Shown in pieces: positions 35,901 to 50,226 of a stretch of 64,000 bases of DNA. Under the pieces are notes generated by a model, which ran no database searches, was not told the origin of the DNA, and saw only the letters and a program-made list of their open reading frames with translations. Positions within the stretch are counted from its first letter, which is position 1; each line of letters starts with the position of its first letter. Source of the DNA: the human T2T-CHM13v2.0 reference genome, Homo sapiens; assembly GCF_009914755.1 (NCBI RefSeq), contig NC_060930.1; one strand, given 5' to 3'. The position numbers were made by a program, and so were the translations under genes.

Positions 35901-36139
35901 ACCTTTGAACAAAAACAAACACATAAACAAAACCATTTAGAGCCTCACAGATGAATAATCCACAGAAAAGAATGATGCTGATATTCCTGATCAGAATGCC
36001 ACTATAAATCCAAAGGATGCATATCCTGAACTGAATACAGAGATCACGGCAACTGTCAACCAAATAAACTAAATGGCAGTGGTATGCAAGACGGGGAATG
36101 GGTTGTGTTGTGGGTGATGGGGATATAGGAATGAACAAG

Positions 36140-36370
36140 ACAAACAGTAAACTTGTCTTTAATAAGCTTATATTCTAATGGCAGGAAACTAAATTATCAA
36201 AGAAACTATTCAATCATTTTAGGTACAGTGTACCATGACAGGCACAAATAGGATAATGTGTTAGAGAGAGACTCAACGAATGAGAAGCAGCTTGAACTAG
36301 GGAATGAACAAGATTCTTCTAGGAATTGATGAGTTTGATCTAAATGACAAGAAGAAAACACTCATGAAAC
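36140..36370 (-). mobile_element. L2 fragment, apparent host of the provirus (continues at about 41570-41610)
   Basis: aagcttatattctaatggcagg...gagtttgatctaaatgacaagaag. Confidence 0.5.
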
Positions 36371-36725
36371 TGTTGCAGGACTTTCCTTAGTTCGGCTAAA
36401 GACAGGTTTCTTCTCCATTCCACAGCCATGAAAATTTAGGCTCGCAGACGGTTTAAAGGGTGAGCAAAGCAGGGTTTTATTGGGCGAAAAGGGGAAAAAA
36501 GAGTGGGGGAAACAGGGATCCTCAGCAAGGCCAGAGTCCCCTGCTAGAGAATTTCCCACTTGCTGTTGGAATCCCTGGTTTCCAGGGAAGGAAGAGGAGG
36601 GGCCAGGCAGGCCATGCTGCAAAGGGCGTGAACTTCCCGAGGCTCCACCTCAGTGGGTAGGATGGCTAGAGTTTCTCCGAGGACCTGGAGTTTCTCTGAG
36701 GACCCCCTCCCACCTGGCTGTCTCA
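36371..36725 (-). mobile_element. 3' LTR (MER61-like)
   Basis: tgttgcagga...ggctgtctca; contains a 19-bp-period duplication gagtttctc[c/t]gaggacc. Confidence 0.88.
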
Positions 36726-36736
36726 CTTCCCCCTCT
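36726..36736 (-). other. Polypurine tract of the provirus
   Basis: cttccccctct = AGAGGGGGAAG immediately upstream of the 3' LTR on the minus strand. Confidence 0.85.
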
Positions 36737-39700
36737 AAAGAAGTACATCTAACTGCCATTAGATTAAGGATAAGGATGAAGACTGATCTTAACTGCTTCC
36801 TGCTGACAGGGGGCACTGTTTTGGGGAAATGGGTCAGAGTTTTCCTAGAGGCCTATTTAAGGGCTCCCAGCAGGAGAGGTCATTGTCAGAGCCTCTGGTT
36901 GCATGACTGCTTGGAGTCTGATGGCCTGAAGGCAAGAACAGACAAACTGGGTTATTAGAAAACGTATCAAAACGAAACAAGGGGAGGGCTAACGACAGCT
37001 CTAAAATTCTGAGGTATTTTACCAGTTTACACAGGGAGAGAGAGGCCAAAAGCACAACTGGTAAAACAAAACAAAACAAACAAACAAACAAACAAAAACT
37101 TTACTCTTTTGCTGTTGCCTTGGGCTTTTGGGTTTCCGTCCCCTGACCTCAATCCTACGCCAACCAGTGTTAAGTTTTGGGCAATTAACTCTTTCCAGTT
37201 TGGCAAATGCATCTGAGGGGAGTGTCTCATAGTACGGAAACATGGAAACATAATTACCTATTAGTGAAAGGAGAACTGAGGAGGAGAAAGGAAAAAGAAG
37301 GCGTTTTATTCAAAGGAGTCCTAGCGGTTCAGGATGCATTTGAAAGGGGTACAGACTGAAGATGAATGGCTACCCATCTAGAAAGAGGGGAGCAGCATCC
37401 CTGGTTCCCCTCTCTTCCTAGCAGATACACAGGGTACGTGAGGGAGAGAGAGAAGAGTGTCCTCTTTCCATCTTCCATCCTTGCATCCCCGAGTTCCAGT
37501 GACCTTGGCAGGTCTCATCATGAGGGCCAAAGTGGCTTGCACTCATGAAGCAGGGAGGTCCTAGAGAATAGGAAGTATCTGCTCTCATCTATGTCTCTTT
37601 CCCACCTACTGTCAGTAGCCTTGGAGTTCCCTAGACTTCATTTATGCCATAGATATTAACGTGGCCTTTATCCATGAAACAGGAAGCTTGGGGTTGGCTT
37701 AATTGGCAGGAATCAGCCATGCTCACCTGCACGGTGCCTTGTAACCTCTGTTGTCATCTGCCTCTGGATCTTTTAGATCCAGTTTTCTTTCCTAGGGCTT
37801 TGCCCTGAAGCTCAGAATTGAGTTTGGGACAAAAATGTGTCTTGGGGCAGTTGCATGGACCCCTTATCATAAGCCGAATGCTAAGCTGAAACTGTGGAAC
37901 TGAGTCCTCCTCCAACAAGGGAGACAAAGGGATACCTTGTGACATAACCCAGATAACTGGTAGCTATAGTTATGCTTGCTAGGATTTGGGGGCATGGTGC
38001 TTTGCTTTGGTTAGTTCCCTTGGTCTTACTTTCCCAAAAAGGAAACCTCTGGGTGATCGGCACCCTATTTATTCCATCACCTGGAAGGATTTGCAGGATA
38101 ATTGCTCAGAACTAGAATATTGATCCTCATTTTCACATTTCCTATCCTCTTGTTCATTCTGAGCTGCAGCCAGAGATTGCTGGTTGGTTCACAGGAACAA
38201 GCAGGGTTAGTCTAAAAATGTAGGTAAAAACTGAAAAACAACTGGTGAGTTTAGAATTGAATGATAATGTATGATCAATTTTGATACATGATTTCTCTCT
38301 TTCTAGTCCTCATGTTTGTTAATAAAAGACATCATCATAGGACTGAGTGGTTTGCATTTAGTTTTATACTTGGCCTTTTTATCTGCATAAAGTGCAGCAA
38401 GAATAATCATTTCTACATAGGCCTTTTATATTGGCTTTCATGGAATTCTTTTCCACAAGGAATCTCAGATAAAACCTTTTAAAGCCAAGCATGGGTTTGT
38501 ATCCTTAAATACTTGTGCGTTGAGTGATCCTCTCCTCTTAAGGTCACAAGATAAACTTGGAGCTTCTAGACCTGTTAGAAAGTGACATTCTTTACTGACC
38601 ACAGGTCAGGAACTCTGTACAGGGATTGTGCAGATGAAGGTATGAGGCCAGTCTCCCATGGGGCTTTTATTGGCTCTGTAGGTAGAGTTTGACTCCTTAA
38701 AGGGAAGCATACCCTTCCAGTCAAAGCCTTGGTAACCATTTTTTCCAATTGTGTCCTGTTGCAAAAGAAAAATAAATTCTTATTGCACTGATGCAAACAG
38801 CTATATTGCCATAAGTTAAGAGTACTCACAGATAGGTTCTAAATTCTGGAGGAACCAGGCAGAGAGAAACAAACATGCTCCAAATTTTGATCACAGGAGT
38901 ATATAACTTATGTAATTATTAAAGGCCATAAACCATTCAAAATAAGTTCACTTGACTCTGAAAAAACAAAACGAGGATCAGAAATATTCCAAGCAATGGT
39001 TCAAAAGGTTGCTTCAGCTTTCTAAGTTCAGTTCATTTAGTTAACTCTTGTTTTACTGGATATTCATGAACATTGCAGCTCTTCATGAATCCTATACATT
39101 TTCCTTTATGTCAATGTTAAAATTTCTAAAGTTATCGGAAACCTGATTGTCTCAAGTGCAATCAGAAATTATGTTTGAGAGCACCTCTCAGTGTCCTATA
39201 GCTCATTATAAACCATCTTTTGAAAAGGATTACGACATGACAACAATTGTCTGTGAATAGCAAAATATCCACAGTAGTTACAGTTAGAAACATGATTGAC
39301 AAAGAAGTTTGGTTATCTCAGTGGTTTACAATAACTTAAACATAAAAACCTTAATTATAATTCATAGCACATACTCAGACATTAGAATTTTAGAAATCCC
39401 ATACAATTTTGTCATGTATATTAGCATTATTCACCAAGATATAACCTAAAGAAGACTGAGCATCATTTTGGCAATTCCATGTACTTAAACATGTTAAATA
39501 ATCCTATTTAACCTCCCTTTTCTGAACACTTCATGGGTCCTCTGAAGCATTCAAAAAGCCAGGTGCCAGAGAAGACAATTTTGAAACTGAAGTTTTATTT
39601 TGGGAAGGCTGTTAAATACTTAAGGTTTAAAACACTTGATATTATAAAATAGAATTCCAGATTATCGTAAGTTATTTTGCCAAAATCATGACTCAGAAAT

Positions 39701-41225
39701 TTTAAAGAAACAAAGACCTTTTATAACCCTTTACAAATTTTGCCAAAGAGCAGATTAGAACCGTAGGAAAACCTTGTTATGCTTTTATTTCAATGCTCAA
39801 TTTACAGAAAAACCATATAATACCCTTTTTAAAATTTAGTCAATATGTTCACACAGAGAGTCTCTTCTGCAAGATTATTTTCCACAATTCTTCTACCACT
39901 TCTTTGAACTTTCAGCTTTTTCCTAAATTAACTCAAAACAATCCTTTGACCCTAGGCAAAGATTTTTATTTCCATCCCTTCTTATAACCTTTTACTAAAA
40001 AACACATTTTACTGTTCTTACACACCTTGCATGTAAATCTATTTTCAGTAGTTTCAATCACATGTTATAATGGTAACCCTTAACAATTGTTAACTTTAAG
40101 GTAAATCCTGGTAAGTTGCTTTAATTGTGCTAACTGGAGTCAACGTTTGCCTTCTTAGTTAAGGGTGCATTTAGTTTCATACTTCTGCAGGCCTTACCAA
40201 TTGTGAAGCAGGCAAGACAGAGTTCTCAAAACCCATGAAGCAGTTTGTAACCTCAAAACGCTTAGCAAACTTCCATCTGACCTGCATTTTCCCAGTAGTC
40301 TTTAGGGCTGTTTTTATTTCTGAAAGATTAAAGTCATGTGAACCGAAAGGTACCACAGCTTTTAACTTCCCTTAAAAAAATACTTGATCCAAACACTTCT
40401 TTCTTTAGGCCAAATTATTAGAGCTCTTTTTACAAACATCACGCATAGTACTTACACAGCCAGCCAGAAGAAAACCCAGTCGCTGGGTGGGGCCCTATAA
40501 GAGACAGGGCTAGGAAAACATGCAGATATCTAATCTGAGAAGGCTCATTCCCTCAAGAGGGATTACCAAACAAGAGGGATTGCCAAGCAGTTACTGGCCA
40601 TGCCCCCAGGATGCAAAGCAAGATGGAGGCTGCAACCAAACCATACAGACACGCAAAGCACACCAGATTGGCCACAGCCCAAGACTAGCCCCACAAATCC
40701 TTTTTCACAACCAAAACTTTACAAAGTGTACAAACAGTGATAGTTGGATAGTTGTGGGGGGAGCCTGGTTTAGTAAAAACATCTTCTAAAAGGGGAAAAA
40801 ATACCTTTAAAGGTTAACTGCTGTTGGGTAGAAAAGGGAAAAGGGGAAGAAAAAAAAAGTTTAAAAATGCCTGGGGAAGAACCTCTTATTCTTATGCAAC
40901 TGGTTCCTCCACCAGAGGTAAAGCTTAATTACTGTCCGATAAAGCTAAACCCTTTGGCCAGGAAAGGGGAAGGCTGCGGTGGCTTGTGGTTGGGAACCAG
41001 CCAGCCAGCTGTGTGGGACCCTTGGGCCATGCGTCCCAGCCCCAGCAGGGCAAGGAACTGCTGCTTAGCAATGGGTCCCAAAAAAGGAAGGAAAAGGCCA
41101 TGAAAAGGCCCGGGAGCCACGGGGGTGGGGGCATGGTTCCCCCACCCTCAGAAGTCCGAGGATGTAAAGACTTAGAAACAACAGTGACAGATTTTGAGCC
41201 CTCATTTTACTCACCACTTTTGGAG

Positions 41226-41243
41226 CTCCCATGCTGCACACCA
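41226..41243 (-). other. Degenerate primer-binding site (tRNA-Lys-like)
   Basis: Minus strand TGGTGTGCAGCATGGG, 3 nt after the 5' LTR; resembles TGGCGCCCAACGTGGG after CpG decay. Confidence 0.6.
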
Positions 41244-41246
41244 AAA

Positions 41247-41569
41247 TGTCACAGGACTTCAGGTAAACATGTGGTTCTTGTCCATCCCATGGCCACAAAA
41301 ATTTACGCTCACAGATGCTTTAAAGAGTGAGCAAAGCAGGGTTTTACTGGGTGAAAAGGGAATAAAAGGGGGAAACAGGGATCCCAAGGAAGGCCACGAT
41401 CACCTACTACAAGATTTCCTGCCTGCCATTGGAATCCCAGCTTCCACACAGGAAGAGGAGGGGCCAGGCTCCTCCTCCCTGCAAAGGGCTTGAACTTCCC
41501 CAGGCTCCACCCCAGTGGGCAGGCTGGCTGGAGTTTCTGTGAGGTCCCCCCTCCCACTTGGCTGTCTCA
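41247..41569 (-). mobile_element. 5' LTR (MER61-like)
   Basis: tgtcacagga...ggctgtctca, homologous to 36371-36725. Confidence 0.88.
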
Positions 41570-43600
41570 GAGTCAGGAGGAGGAGTGGTATGGGCAGAAA
41601 AAAATAGGAAGGGAAAATTATAAAAGAATTCCCTAATCTCTAAATGTTAATAAAGTTAGCAAAGTGAAGATTTCAGGTGTTAAACTTGACAGTTTAAGAT
41701 TAATTTAGTTTTATGTTTAAATCTCTTAGAAATATCTAATAATTTGTCACAGAAAATTTTTCTTACACATTATTTGGTTACCTTCAATAGTTCTAGGTAT
41801 TCCAGCTCTATCAGGAATTTAGGCTTAAAATGTTTATTCTGAGTTCCACCATGAAATCAACATTATTTTCACCTTAGTCTTCCCTGGCATAGTTATTCCA
41901 TACAGTGAGTCACTTTACATGATTCAATTTGACTGATCTCTATGGTTGTTTTTGTTGTTGTTTTTACTGACCCAAGCTTTACTTTATTTCCACTCCTTCA
42001 CTCCTAAGTATATCTAGTACTTGAAACTTCATAGACGGTTTCCATTCACACACAAACACCCTCTATACAATGTAAAAACTAGTTAACTGTTTGCAGAGAG
42101 ATCTTGGAGGCTTACTCATGAATAGTTGTAGATCCTTCTCTAGTATTGTCTTCAGTCATCATCCATTTCTAAGGATTTTTTTCTTCTGAGTTACCAAGAA
42201 ATTTAAGTTTGGGGATATTGAAATAAATATATTAAACACGCAATTCTACAAATATTATAAACTCTAATTTTGAACACATAATTTCTGTGGAAAATGATTA
42301 GTAAGTAGGAACAGAGTTTCTTAACTGACGTGAAATATTTCAGTATAAATGAAAATAGAATAGAAAAGTACCTAGAATAGTCTTTTAAATTTCATTTTAA
42401 CCCAATTTTCTTGGCTATTCATTTAGTTTATTCAAAGAATCAGAGTGTAAAGAAAAAATTTAACCTTATTAGTTTGTGTTGATACAATTGAAAGTGCTCA
42501 AGTATTTACAAAGACCCATTTTCTTTCAGTGAGTTCTGATCCTCTGTCCTGAAACTCCTTCAGAACTCTAGTTAGTGACCACTTACTTTTATTGATTATG
42601 TTGATACAGTTATAATATATACATGAAATAGGTGAACTTTGGCATTGCCACTGAGATAATTCTACTAATTTCAGACAAGATTTTAATACCATTATTTTAC
42701 ATTAATATTTTACTTTCAAGATTATATCTGCTGAGAGTGATTATACTATAAGTGAAAGAATAACCATTATTAACAGCACTTTTGAGGTTTGGACTTCATC
42801 TTGTGACATCTTCCCTCTTTGTAATTACAGTTTTCTCGTCTAAAATTCTGACTAAAAGTAGTAACCACTAAGATAAAGCAGAATTAACTTCTTCTTGAGC
42901 TTCAGATAACTGATTCACTGTAATTTCCAGATTTTAAGAATTGAAGAAGTATCCTGCAGTTCTTGATGACACCTAAGGACACAATCTTGCCTTATTTATT
43001 AATCCCAATACCTGACTACTCATAAGGCTTTCCTGGATATAATGTATATATTAATTATGGTAATAACTATATCAGTTCTTTCTATAGGAGTTCAAGAGCC
43101 TTGCACATGAAGCTCTTTTCATTCTAGGAGGTTGCTCACTCTCTGTTTTCTTGTGAGATGTAAGATCTGTATTATAAATGTTAGTGGTTGACAAGAATTC
43201 AGTATATGTAGTGTCACAATAAAATGGCATAAAAATAAAAGTTAAAGAACCTTGGTTTCTTCTATCATTATTTTTCTATGTTACCTTTAACAAAATTCTC
43301 TAGACTTTTTCGAGCTTTGAGATATCTTGCCTTCTTGTCATTGTGGTTAGTGAACGGTCTTCTAGGTTTCTACCTGAGCCTTCTATGGGTCAATCTGGTT
43401 ACTATGCAGATGTGGTGCTATTTCAGTTATGACACATACAAAATTACTTGAAGAAATTAGAAGACCTAGCTGGAAAAAAAACAGTAATTATTAACTCATG
43501 GGTTTCCAGACTTTATGCTACTCATTGCCTGTTTCTTCCAGCAATATTTTCCACATTTAGAAGAGAGAAATATAATTTTTCATTAACACAAGTTCATAGT

Positions 43601-44067
43601 TGTAACACTCTCCCTGAAACAAAAGAAAGATCAATAAGAGAAAAGCAAGCAGAAGGATATTAATATGCATGCTTCCCATCACACTGGAGAAAAGTGTATC
43701 TAAAAGTAACTCTCTCAAAGCAGTGGTTTAGGAGCTATGTTTAAATATTTTAAAAAACAGCAGTACATTTTATAGCAGAGAAAAGAGAAAGATGAGAACA
43801 GCTTCAAGCTCCCAAAGAAAGGAAAATTATGAGAGGGTACTAAAGTTTGCTTCATTATTACTCTGGCTTGGTTGGTGCCATTTCTGAGCTAATAAAATCC
43901 CTACACCCTCTTCAGTAAAAGTAAAATTTACATCTTGCCTTTAGAGCAGAAAGGGGATAGGATAGAGAGAGGTTGTGTTTTCTTTCTTTATTGCTTCTTA
44001 ATTGCCTTTAGCTAAAAAGATTTACATTAAAGAGACACAATTGGGTAAAATATTTTGGTTTCCTTCA
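43601..44067 (-). mobile_element. MER34/MER39-family ERV1 solo LTR, degraded
   Basis: Minus strand begins TGAAGGAAACCAAAATATTTTACCC, like the LTR at 59159. Confidence 0.6.
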
Positions 44068-44219
44068 TTTCTAAACATATTTTCTCTTATCAATTCTAAA
44101 CAATTATAATCCTTATTAAAAAAAATTTCAATCCTAAAATCCACATGTCATTATATATCTACTGATTAAAAAAAAGTTTTATGTTTTACCACTCAGAATA
44201 GGAAAAAAATGGATAACTT

Positions 44220-44930
44220 TGACACAGGATTTTTCTCAGTCAATTTACAAGTTGGGGACCTCTGGCCAGTGATGTCCCTGACCAGGCCTCACTCAGCCAC
44301 GCTACCTGCCTCAAGAGATAGCCCATCCACTCAGTCCACTTTGGCTGTGCCTGGCTTGCACACTGGCTCAGCCCGTGGCTTGCCAGGTGTACCCCAGCCT
44401 GCCCATGTTATAGGTCATACCCATATTCGGCAGTTCCCAAGTTCTTGTCCCACATCTAAGAAGAATGAGGATACATTGCCAATTGAAGGGTTAGGAGGAC
44501 AGAGAAGAAGTTTATTAAGTAACAAAACACATCTCAGCAGAGAAGGGACGTGAGGGTGATCAACCACCCAGAGTCAGGTGGTTTCTCTCCCAGTGTGGCT
44601 GAGTCCAGGGCTTTTATGGGCTCAGAAGGAGTGTGTGCTGACTGGTTTGTGAGTATGCAAAAGAGGTTAAAACAAAGGCACCACTCAAAGGTGGGCACGA
44701 CAGTGTAGAAAACCAATTAGGGAAGGGTAGTTATATGTAAAATAGGTGAAGGGTGAGAATTAACCAGAGGAAAGCAAGCTAAATGGGAAGAAGTTTTCTC
44801 AATCAGGTCCATGGATTTGACTTATAGCTTGGCTTTTGGGCTTTAAACTGTCCTTGGCTTGGAGGTGGAGTTTCACTCGAGAGTTTCACCCTTATCTACC
44901 TAGGCATTTGTCTGCCTCCTGCCCCTATCA
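44220..44930 (-). mobile_element. ERV1 solo LTR of the LTR1/LTR27/MER52 group
   Basis: Ends ggcatttgtctgcctcctgcccctatca; shares aagttcttgtccca...aatgagg and ttttatgggctcaga with the MER52A copy. Confidence 0.75.
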
Positions 44931-45389
44931 ACCACATTAATTCACTTCACCAAATTTGACATTAAGTAATACAGTTTATTTCTCAATCCATAATGTCCCA
45001 CTAATTTTGCCATTTTTAAGACATACTTTTAACATACATGACTTCTTATATATGTGAACAGATATTAATACAGGTATATTATAAATCATTCAGATAGAGA
45101 CCTCAGCCAAACCTATAGATTAAACTCCTCTAAAGCAAATTCAAAAGCCATTGCATGTAGTAAATATGGTTAAATGTCACTAAGTTAAAATTAAGAATAA
45201 CTCTATCAAATTATGTTGTGGGAAAGTGAAAAGAGAAATTACTGTCATGAAGAAGATTTTTTCCCTTGTAAAGCAAATAAAAAATTAATGTGAAGAGTGC
45301 ATGAATATAAAATGTTGGTGCAAAAATAAAAGGAAAATAATACTATGTAAAAAAGAGAAAACAATATTGGGTTAACAAAAAGTCAATGG

Positions 45390-46490
<1,101 letters not shown>

Positions 46491-47612
46491 CACATGAAAA
46501 ATAATAATATAACAGATATAGGTTAAAAGCTACAGCAATTTAAATTCCAGAAAATCATCTCTCATACATAAAACAAACTGGATTTCAATCACATCATTCA
46601 TTATAGAGGTACCAAAATATCTCAAAGAGTATATCCCAAATAAGTGAAACATTTATCAAAGGGTTTTAAAAAATAACTGATAAAACTTTCCAATTACAAC
46701 AATTTTCTAAATTTTTCACATTGTTCTCTATCACAATAACTTTTAAGTCATTCTAAGGTAGACATTAGTCTTACAGTGAAAACACACACACACTATATAA
46801 TATTTATCAGAAATAAGAGAAAGTTTTAAAATCTCAGGATAAAATATTCTTTTTATGTACATTTTTAGTATTTATACACTGACAAAACATATAAAGAAGT
46901 CACAAAGTAGGAAAAATGGCATTTTTGTTTTAATATGATCCCATAAAAATAATGTCAAGAGATATAGCTTATATAAACAAAAATGTTAATTGTACTCAGT
47001 TGTTTTTGTTTAATGGCAGAGCATTTTAAATCCAGATTCGCAGTTGGTAATTGTTTTTATGCGATGTCAACTAACTTAAATTAACATCTGAATTACATAG
47101 TATATACCCAAAAATGAGATGAGAATATACTATCTTTTTGAGGTGAAATGTTTTGTATGAAAATCACAACAGTAAAATCTGTGGAAAGGTTAAATTTCAA
47201 TGTTTTTTTTTAAAGTTTAAGCTTTTATTTTTAATTATTAGAGAATTTTTCAGAAGGGAATAAAGTTATTACAATTAATTCTTTAAAGAGCATATTTTGC
47301 TTAGCATTTGACAAAAATATGTAGATGTAGAACATTAACTTGCAGGCAATTGGAAAAATATTTATTTTAATAATATGTCATTTCTAATTATGAGAAAATC
47401 ACATTAAATTACCACACTGTATTATACAAGATTAGCAGGCATAGTATGTAAAAAAATGACAACATGACAATTTTCAATATCGTAAGTAATCTATTTCTGA
47501 CCTTATTTCTCATCAGAGATTGAGAATTCTCTAGGGAAATGTCATCAGATCAGTTAGTTGCATGAGTGCTCTGGATATTAATGACCATTTACGGTCCATT
47601 GAAAGTATAACT

Positions 47613-48287
<675 letters not shown>

Positions 48288-49863
48288 ATTTAACATTAAA
48301 TTTATTCATCTTTTCCTCTACTTCGAGAATACATTCAGCCTTTATCTTAACTATTGGTATTTTTCAATCATAAACAGAAATCCAAGTACATTAATATTAT
48401 TATAGTTGTAATAAATTTATGTATATAACATTTTGTCTCCAAGGAAATTAAACTTATTTTTTAACCTACACTCTTGCTTTAAAAAAGAAAACACAAAAAG
48501 TACAAAACAATAACTTTTAAGGAGGAATGTAAAAATTCCTGCATATGGCATCTTTGTCTGAAGTGAAGACACAGTTTCAATTTACAAAATAATCCATGTA
48601 TGTTACCATGTCCCTGAATATTCCTCCTCCATTACTGCTAGATACCAACATTTCTGGATTTGTTAATGGTGATACCTTGGTGCTTCAGGCACTCATTGTA
48701 TTTTTCAGTTAAAAAATTCAATATTAATTATTTTTCTTGCCAACACAGTGCTGATTTTTTCTTGAAACTCCTAAATGGAGATAAAGGTAAATGAATGTTG
48801 AATAAAATTGAGAAAGAGGCACAAAGAATCTTTTTCTTCTCCTGAATCCAGTCAGGTTTCTTACTTCATGGAGAGTGAACATGCATCTGCAGGGTATAAT
48901 TCACTAAGTGACAGGAAAAATATTAACTGCTATTTCTAGCCTACATATAGGGAGGGGATGTAATTTCAGTGGCATTTTCCATAGAAATGATAGTAGAGTT
49001 TTCAGATGAGTAAAATATGTGGGTGGCAATATCATGGCTGGAGTTTGGGTAATTGAGAAATCACAGAGAATTATTGAAAATCTATCTCTGGATAAAAAGA
49101 AAATACAGACAGCTAAGTCTGAAAGAGAGAAAGAGAGGATTTGTCTCAATTATGCCAATGGAATACAAGGAAAATCTTGGTACTTTAAAAAATCTCAATA
49201 TAATTCTACATGCAAAGCATTTATTTTGGTACAAATAAATATAAATTTTTACAAATTATTTGAATAGATTTTTCAATAGTAAACATTGAAACAAATGCAT
49301 GTAAGCAATGTATGGCTGTCTCTTTAGCATGCATGTCTGTGACAAGCAACCACTATGGCCCTTTCTCAAATGTTATGATTTCCTAAAATATGTAGTGCTG
49401 ATGAGAAAGCCTCCAGGGAGTGCTGAGCAGATATACCTTCAGATTTGGGTCACAGTTTTTTTCCCCTGAACTTCCAACACATCATCCAACTCATCGATCA
49501 GCAATTAAGATATAGATTGAGTCAGTTCTGTTGGTCTGTAGCCAACTACCCTGACAACTAAACAGTGGGAGTTGAAGAAATGCAGCGTTGTTATTAATGT
49601 TTATTATTGTTTTCACTGCAATATATAATAGTTGCATCTGCTTAAAATAGCAGGGGAAAATATTAGCCATCTTTAATAGGATTGACAATGCTGCAAATAG
49701 GAAATTAGTTAACAAGGAGAAATATTAACAATCACTTGTAACTGTTGTAAACAAAGATACTTGGGAAATCTAAAGTAGTGAAACATCATTTCCATGCAAA
49801 AGAAACAAAAAGACAAGCCTACTTGTCCTTTAGAGTGCAGAAAATAAGCTGTATCAATACCAT

Positions 49864-50073
49864 TCTTTTTTTCTCAACAGTTTCACTCTGTCTGCCAGGC
49901 TGGAGGGCAATGGCACAATCACGACTACCACAGCCTAGACCTTCCAGGCTCTAGTGACCCTTCCACTCAGCTGGGACTACAGACATGTATCACTATGCCT
50001 GGCTGATTAAAAAAAAAACCTATTGTAGAGATGGGGTCTCCCTATATTTCCTAGGCTGGTTTGGAACTCCTGA
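49864..50073 (-). mobile_element. Degenerate truncated Alu (AluJ)
   Basis: tcactctgtctgccaggctggag...gtagagatggggtctc...ggaactcctg. Confidence 0.8.
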
Positions 50074-50226
50074 AGAGCAGAAAAATATAGATAATTTTCT
50101 ATGGCCATTCTTCTTCATTTATTCTAAGCCTGAGCTTTTAAATACTTTGAAATCTAAGAGTCAATTTCCTTTAATGTACTTTGGAAAGAAGAGGTTATTG
50201 TATGTGTGCTCTTCAGTCATCCATAT

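Larger units (their letters stand above)
36371..41569 (-). mobile_element. Non-coding ERV1 provirus of MER61 type (LTR - internal - LTR), 5.2 kb
   Basis: Two related LTRs ending ggctgtctca (reverse complement TGAGACAGCC, the MER61 start); PBS and PPT correctly placed; AT-rich interior with no gag/pol/env ORF. Confidence 0.85.

Noticed and set aside
35960-36075. Protein-like short frame (KNDADIPDQNATINPKDAYPELNTEITATVNQIN) in unique DNA
   Set aside because: No good acceptor, no start codon and no recognised homology; too short to support
36371-41569. p53 response element expected in some MER61 LTRs; retroviral genes in the interior
   Set aside because: No paired RRRCWWGYYY decamers seen in either LTR, and no gag/pol/env motifs in the ORF track
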